NCBI GenBank assembly: GCA_963719945.1
Contig: CAVRDX010000004.1
Location: 96,001-160,000 of the forward strand
DNA from: an uncultured Thermoplasmata archaeon
GTDB lineage: Archaea > Thermoplasmatota > Thermoplasmata > UBA10834
DNA: 64,000 bases
Direction of reading: 5' to 3'
Of the stretch, positions 58,764 through 64,000 are shown in pieces. The stretch's first letter is position 1. Every line of letters starts with the position of its first letter. The notes beneath the pieces are model-generated. The model made no database searches. It had not been told where the DNA came from and worked only from the letters and a program-made list of their open reading frames with translations. A program made the position numbers and the translations under genes.

Positions 58764-60747
58764 ACCGGAAGAAATGACCCGTGCGGTAGTAGTCGGGTCA
58801 ATCGAGAGCCTCGATGTCACGATCGAGAGTCTGTACGAGCTTGGAGTACTGCACCTCATCGATTTCAACGAACAGGACGAGGACTTCAAGATCGGCCAAC
58901 CGTTGGAGAAAGCATCGGACGCGTCGAAGAAGCTCATCAAGCTCCGGTCTATGATCCGGGCGCTTGAGATAGAACTATACAAGCCCCGCGAGAAGATGCC
59001 CGTCTCCGAGATCACCAAGACTTTGGAACAGGCGCTCGTCACACTCGACCTCAACACCTCCAAGAAGGCCGAGGACAGACAGAGGATACAATCTCTCATC
59101 CACGAGAAGAGGGCCGAGATAGCCTCTCTCGAACCTTTTGCGCCTTTCGGAATCACGATCGAAGATTTCGGAGGCTACGAATCAATCGTCTCCTTCGTGG
59201 GTCTTTGCACGACAGACCCCACCATAGCGTTCAACGGCAAGCTTGGCGCTTCGGAAATATTCATCAATCCTCGCAAGAGCGATGTCGCAGTTGCAGCCTT
59301 TGTCCCAACAGGTGACAAGGCAGAAGCGCTGCGGATATTGACAGCGCACGGGTTCCAGGAAGCAAAGGTCCCGCAGATGACCGGCACCCCAAGAGCTGTC
59401 ATTGCCAAGAATGAGGCCGAGATAGCGGACCTTGAGAAGGACCTCGAGAGGACGGAGGCGGACCTCGATGCGATCAGGAAGAAGTTCGCTAGCCTCATCG
59501 TTTCGTCCGAGGAACACCTGTCGATAGAGGTGCTCAAGGCGGAGATGCCTCTGAAGATTGCGACCTCGGTCAATTCGTTCGTCATCGATGGATGGATTCC
59601 TAGCAGCAAGGTCAAGGAGCTTCAGGATGCTCTGAACCAGCAATGCTGCGGCCTTGCATTCGTCGAGACCCTTCCGAGTGAGAAGGGCGATGAGCCGCCT
59701 GTCAAACTGAAGAACGCAAAACCGGTCAGACCGTTCGAGTTCTTCCTGGATCTCGTGTCGACCCCCAAGTACGACGAAGTTGACCCTACGCTGATCCTGT
59801 TCATAACGTTCCCCATCTTCTTCGGGTTCATGATAGGCGACCTCGGGTTCGGGCTGGGACTCGTGGCGCTCGGCGCCTTCATGAGATTCAAGCTCAAGGA
59901 TTCACCAGACCTGAAGATGCTCGGCACGATCATCATGGTCAGCGGTTTGATGGCGAGTCTGTTCGGCCTGTTCGTGTTCGCCGAAGCGTTCGGCGTCCCA
60001 TTCCATCCTCCAGAAGCCAACCCTGACGAGCACTCATGGGAATCCGTCGCTAACATACCGATACATCCATTGCTGGACAAGATGCACGACATCAAGGAGA
60101 TGCTCGCGCTATCGTTGCTCGCTGGATGGGTGCATCTCACGGCCGGCTTCATACTCGGATTCGTGAATCAATATCATCACAACAAGAAACACGCGCTCGC
60201 AAAGGTAGCGTGGCTCTTCCTGCTCTTTGGCCTGTTCATCGAGATGATGACGGTTGCGGGTTCCGCGACTGCCACGAGCGAGTTCATCAACGGCACCATA
60301 CTCAGTCCCTTGCCTGATATGACCGCTACACTGACCGGGATTGCCGTCTCTATTCCTGCAGTCGTGTTGATACTGATAGGCGTGATCGGTCTCCCGTTGA
60401 CCGAAGGACCTCTAGCCATGACGGAGATCATAGGTTTGTTCACCAACCTGGTCTCCTATACAAGATTGGCAGCTCTCGCAGTCGGCAAGGGCGCGATGGC
60501 ACTGGCGTTCAACACCATGCTCTTCCCCCTGATATTCGAGAGTCATAATGTCGTATTCATCGTCCTGGGGGCGCTTGCCCTGTTCGTGACCCAGATGTTC
60601 TTCGTCTTCTTCCTCGGCGCATTGTCCGCAGGGATTCAGGCAATCAGATTGAACTATGTTGAATTCTTCCTCAAGTTCTTCGAGGGCGGCGGGACGGAAT
60701 TCTCCCCCCTCAGATATGTGAGGAAGTACTCGGTCGAAACGAAATAA
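58756..60747 (+). CDS. atpI: A-type ATP synthase subunit I (a)
   Basis: MLRPEEM, GWIP, PPVKLKN, EVDPT, FFGFMIGD, SYTRLAA, IRLNYVEFF. Confidence 0.95.
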   Translation: MLRPEEMTRAVVVGSIESLDVTIESLYELGVLHLIDFNEQDEDFKIGQPLEKASDASKKLIKLRSMIRALEIELYKPREKMPVSEITKTLEQALVTLDLNTSKKAEDRQRIQSLIHEKRAEIASLEPFAPFGITIEDFGGYESIVSFVGLCTTDPTIAFNGKLGASEIFINPRKSDVAVAAFVPTGDKAEALRILTAHGFQEAKVPQMTGTPRAVIAKNEAEIADLEKDLERTEADLDAIRKKFASLIVSSEEHLSIEVLKAEMPLKIATSVNSFVIDGWIPSSKVKELQDALNQQCCGLAFVETLPSEKGDEPPVKLKNAKPVRPFEFFLDLVSTPKYDEVDPTLILFITFPIFFGFMIGDLGFGLGLVALGAFMRFKLKDSPDLKMLGTIIMVSGLMASLFGLFVFAEAFGVPFHPPEANPDEHSWESVANIPIHPLLDKMHDIKEMLALSLLAGWVHLTAGFILGFVNQYHHNKKHALAKVAWLFLLFGLFIEMMTVAGSATATSEFINGTILSPLPDMTATLTGIAVSIPAVVLILIGVIGLPLTEGPLAMTEIIGLFTNLVSYTRLAALAVGKGAMALAFNTMLFPLIFESHNVVFIVLGALALFVTQMFFVFFLGALSAGIQAIRLNYVEFFLKFFEGGGTEFSPLRYVRKYSVETK

Positions 60748-60759
60748 GGAGGTAGGAAA

Positions 60760-60981
60760 ATGGACCCAACACAAATGGGAATGGCGTTGGTCGGCGCTGG
60801 TATCGCAATAGGCGCAGCGGGTATCGGCACCGGCATCGCCCAGGGACAGGTAGGTGCGGCAGCGGTCGGCGCGACCGCGGAGAACCCGAAGATGTTCGGA
60901 AAGGGTATGATCCTGATGGTTCTGCCCGAGACCATAGTCATCCTCGGATTCGTCGTCGCATTCCTGATAATGAACGCGTGA
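60760..60981 (+). CDS. atpK: A-type ATP synthase subunit K (c), single hairpin
   Basis: GIAQG.VGAAAVGA.AE.P..LPET. Confidence 0.95.
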   Translation: MDPTQMGMALVGAGIAIGAAGIGTGIAQGQVGAAAVGATAENPKMFGKGMILMVLPETIVILGFVVAFLIMNA

Positions 60982-61045
60982 GATTGCGAAAGTTGGAATG
61001 AATGGTATGCTAGACGACCCAGATGGTCTGCGGAGTTGAAGAGCT

Positions 61046-61603
61046 ATGGGCTTGGACAAGGTAGTCGAGGACATCCTTCGCCGAGGCGAGGAGCAGAAGA
61101 GTGAGATAGTTCGCCATGGAGAACGCGAGCGGGATGAACAGCTGGCACAGACCAGTGCCATGATTGCTGAACACCGCAAGAAAGCGGAGCAGCGAGCCGA
61201 ATCCCTTATCGCACAGATGGAGCAGCAGGAGCTGTCCAGCGGGGAACTCGAGGCGAAGAAAGCACTCTTGGCGGCACAGATGCGCGTGATGGAGGAGCTG
61301 AGATCGCAAGTGCTGGTGGAGATCGGGAACTACCCTGAGGACAAGCGCAAGAAGCTATATGGGCGGCTCATGCAGAACGCCAAGAAGGAACTAGGGGACT
61401 GCTATGTGTACTCCAATTCCTCGGACAAGGCCCTCTTGAAGCCCATCGCGGGCGTGACCATTGGTGGTGTGATCGAGAGCAAGGGCGGCCTCGTCTTCGA
61501 GAGCAAGGACCGTAGCGTCAGACTCGACTACAGGTTCGAGAGCATTCTTGAGGGCGTGTGGAACAACAAGATACAGGAGATATACTCCAGCCTGTTCAGG
61601 TGA
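61046..61603 (+). CDS. atpE: A-type ATP synthase subunit E
   Basis: MGLDKVVEDI, GGLV, LDYRFE, and operon position. Confidence 0.9.
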   Translation: MGLDKVVEDILRRGEEQKSEIVRHGERERDEQLAQTSAMIAEHRKKAEQRAESLIAQMEQQELSSGELEAKKALLAAQMRVMEELRSQVLVEIGNYPEDKRKKLYGRLMQNAKKELGDCYVYSNSSDKALLKPIAGVTIGGVIESKGGLVFESKDRSVRLDYRFESILEGVWNNKIQEIYSSLFR

Positions 61604-61611
61604 GATTGAAG

Positions 61612-62670
61612 ATGAGGATCTTCGGCGGGAAAGGGAACTATGCATATGCGTGCGCACGAGTGAAAGCGCGCAAGAGTTTCCTCCTATCGAAGGATACCTA
61701 CTCGCGGATGATGGTGATGGACATACACGAGATCGGTCGGTTCCTCGGCGAGACCCAATACAGGGATGAGATGTCCCTGTATGGTGGCAAGTACTATGAT
61801 GCCAACCTCGTCGAAGTCGCGGTGACGAGGAGCCTGGCTAGCAGTTATTCTGACGTACTCGCGTTCACTACTGGGCACCTGCGTGAGATGGTCGGCAACT
61901 ATCTGAGACGATGGGATACATTCAACGTGAAGACAATTCTGAGAGGAAAGGTGTCAAAAGCGAGCAACGATGAGATCATCGACACGCTTGTACCGGCGGG
62001 AGCCTTCTCCGAGGAGTATCTGAAGTCGCTAGTCGCGATGACCTCCCTTCAAGAGATCACCGACTCGCTCATGAAGCAGCCGGCCCTCAGGTTGACTTCC
62101 GAGATGCAGCGTGATGTCGTCGAATTGGGCAAACTCGCCCCGATGGAAGATCATCTTGACAAGATGCTCTACTATGACCTGCTCGACGTGATCGAACCGA
62201 CCAAGAACCCTGAGCGCCTGCTGAGGGACTTCATCCGGAGGGAGGTGGACATTACCAACCTCAAGGTCTTGTTGAAGCTCAAGGCCGAGCGGATACCCGA
62301 GGAGCGCATCCAGAAATATCTGATGCCTGGCGGATTCGAGTATGGTCTGGACAGACTCAAGGCACTCGCGCAGGGTGGAGACGTTTCGACGATAGTCGCA
62401 GAGTTGGAGAAATCCTCGATGTCCGAGGAGATCAGACCCGCCTTGGAACGATACAGGGCAGATCCGCGCATGTCCATGCTGACGATAGCGTTGGACAAGT
62501 CGTTGATTGGTCAGAGTGAGAAGTTCGCCCACTTCTATCCTCTATCCGTACTGCCGATTGTGAACTACATGATACGGAAGAAGGTGGAAGTGGACAATAT
62601 CAGGATAATCGCGAGAGGGAAGGCGAGCGGCCTCTCGAGCAAAGTGATCGAAGAGCTATTGGTGATGTGA
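61612..62670 (+). CDS. atpC: A-type ATP synthase subunit C
   Basis: YAYACARVKA, WD..NVKTILRG, EVDITNL, EVDNIRIIARG. Start at ATG 61612. Confidence 0.92.
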   Translation: MRIFGGKGNYAYACARVKARKSFLLSKDTYSRMMVMDIHEIGRFLGETQYRDEMSLYGGKYYDANLVEVAVTRSLASSYSDVLAFTTGHLREMVGNYLRRWDTFNVKTILRGKVSKASNDEIIDTLVPAGAFSEEYLKSLVAMTSLQEITDSLMKQPALRLTSEMQRDVVELGKLAPMEDHLDKMLYYDLLDVIEPTKNPERLLRDFIRREVDITNLKVLLKLKAERIPEERIQKYLMPGGFEYGLDRLKALAQGGDVSTIVAELEKSSMSEEIRPALERYRADPRMSMLTIALDKSLIGQSEKFAHFYPLSVLPIVNYMIRKKVEVDNIRIIARGKASGLSSKVIEELLVM

Positions 62671-62970
62671 ATGGAGATCGCAGTGGTAGGGTCTGAGGAA
62701 TTCGTCGTCGGCTTCAGACTCGCTGGGATAAGGATGGTGTACGGCGTGGAGTCCGACAAGTTGCAGGAGACGATATTGCAGCTGTTGGACGAGAAGAGCG
62801 TCGGTATACTCGCAGTCAACTCGAAGGATGTCGAGAAACTGCCTCAGCCATTGCGCGACAGGATGATGGCTAGCGTTGATCCAGTGGTCATCCCAGTCGG
62901 CGAGGAAGAAGGCGACATGAGAGACAAGATCCGAAGGGCGATGGGTATCGACCTTTACAAGACGAAGTGA
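62671..62970 (+). CDS. atpF: A-type ATP synthase subunit F
   Basis: IAVVG..F..GFRLAG, IRRAMGIDL. Confidence 0.93.
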   Translation: MEIAVVGSEEFVVGFRLAGIRMVYGVESDKLQETILQLLDEKSVGILAVNSKDVEKLPQPLRDRMMASVDPVVIPVGEEEGDMRDKIRRAMGIDLYKTK

Positions 62971-62985
62971 GAGGAAGTGTTCCGT

Positions 62986-64000
62986 ATGTCGGATGAGATG
63001 AAAGGAAAGATCAGCAGAGTCGCAGGTCCCGTGGTGACTGCCGAGGGTATCTCGCCCAGGATGTACGACGTCGTGCTAGTCGGCGAGATGAAACTCATGG
63101 GCGAAGTCATCAAGCTCGTGGGCGATAAGACGGTCATCCAGGTCTACGAGGACACATCGGGCATCCGTCCTGGAGAGGAGGTCGTGGACACTGGCGCTCC
63201 TCTGCAGGTGGAGTTGGGCCCTGGCCTGTTGTCGAGCGTTTACGACGGGGTCCAGAGGCCGCTGCCTGTCCTTAGGGACAAGCAGGGCGATTTCGTATCT
63301 CGAGGAGTGACCGCTCCTGGTTTGGACCGCACGAAGAAATGGAAGTTCAAGCCGACCGTGAAGAAGGGCGACGACCTCCACGGCGGAATGATCGTTGGCG
63401 AGGTCCCTGAGGGGAACATCGTTCACAAGATCATGCTCCCTCCGAATGTGAACGGTAAAGTGGTCAAAATTTCCGAGGGGGATTTCACGATCGAGGAGGT
63501 CATCGGAGAGCTCGACTCCGGCCACAAGATCATGATGTTACAGAAGTGGGCGGTCAGGAAGTCGAGGCCATATATTGAGAAGCTCCTTCCGGACATCCCT
63601 CTCGTCACGGGTCAGAGAGTTCTGGACATGCTCTTCCCGCTGGCGAAGGGTGGAACTGCCGCCATCCCTGGCGGGTTCGGAACTGGAAAAACCGTCACTT
63701 CGCAGCAGCTGTCAAAATGGAGCGACGCTCAGATAGTGATATACGTCGGATGCGGCGAACGTGGGAATGAGATGACCGAGGTGCTTACGACCTTCCCTGA
63801 GCTCGAGGACCCGAAGAGTGGGAAACCCTTGATGGGCAGGACCGTCCTCATTGCGAACACATCGAACATGCCTGTCGCTGCACGAGAAGCATCGGTGTAC
63901 ACCGGCATCACGGTCGCCGAATACTACCGAGACATGGGATATGATGTCTCACTCATGGCGGATTCGACATCGAGATGGGCCGAGGCGATGAGAGAGATAT
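62986..64000 (+). CDS. atpA: A-type ATP synthase subunit A; partial, runs off the right edge
   Basis: My translation gives [68 protein letters not shown]. Confidence 0.96.
   Translation, partial: MSDEMKGKISRVAGPVVTAEGISPRMYDVVLVGEMKLMGEVIKLVGDKTVIQVYEDTSGIRPGEEVVDTGAPLQVELGPGLLSSVYDGVQRPLPVLRDKQGDFVSRGVTAPGLDRTKKWKFKPTVKKGDDLHGGMIVGEVPEGNIVHKIMLPPNVNGKVVKISEGDFTIEEVIGELDSGHKIMMLQKWAVRKSRPYIEKLLPDIPLVTGQRVLDMLFPLAKGGTAAIPGGFGTGKTVTSQQLSKWSDAQIVIYVGCGERGNEMTEVLTTFPELEDPKSGKPLMGRTVLIANTSNMPVAAREASVYTGITVAEYYRDMGYDVSLMADSTSRWAEAMREI

Overview
Archaeal chromosomal window, most consistent with a Thermoplasmatota (Thermoplasmata-type) genome. Evidence: MCM, PriS, Orc1/Cdc6, TiaS, NMD3, Tsr3, LX, prefoldin, an A-type ATP synthase operon, bacterial-type gyrase and DUF835/KaiC proteins. 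It is mostly core housekeeping DNA, and I saw no transposase, integrase or CRISPR array. It contains the probable replication origin (ORB elements between hflX and orc1/cdc6). Notable items not in the ORF track or not explained by routine annotation: (1) a box C/D guide sRNA (30727-30788) with a compensatory C-box/D-box change, whose D guide predicts 2'-O-methylation of 16S C1402 (E. coli numbering); (2) tRNA-Thr(CGT) with a 29-nt D-loop (20/21) intron in a perfect BHB motif; (3) a protein fusing a PATAN/DUF2226-like domain, coiled coil, Zn ribbon, an intact bacterial DnaA-type AAA+ module and DUF835 in place of the DNA-binding domain IV, set among Zn-ribbon and KaiC-like genes (candidate undescribed signalling or cell-cycle system); (4) ORB-like boxes upstream of gyrB, about 44 kb from the origin; (5) an AT-rich hflX gene bracketed by ORBs; (6) a 1794-aa Lhr helicase with a duplicated AlkZ-like tail next to an Ogg1-type glycosylase; (7) a three-gene KaiC cassette upstream of a type IV pilin. 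All family assignments come from motif recognition by eye; no database searches were run.
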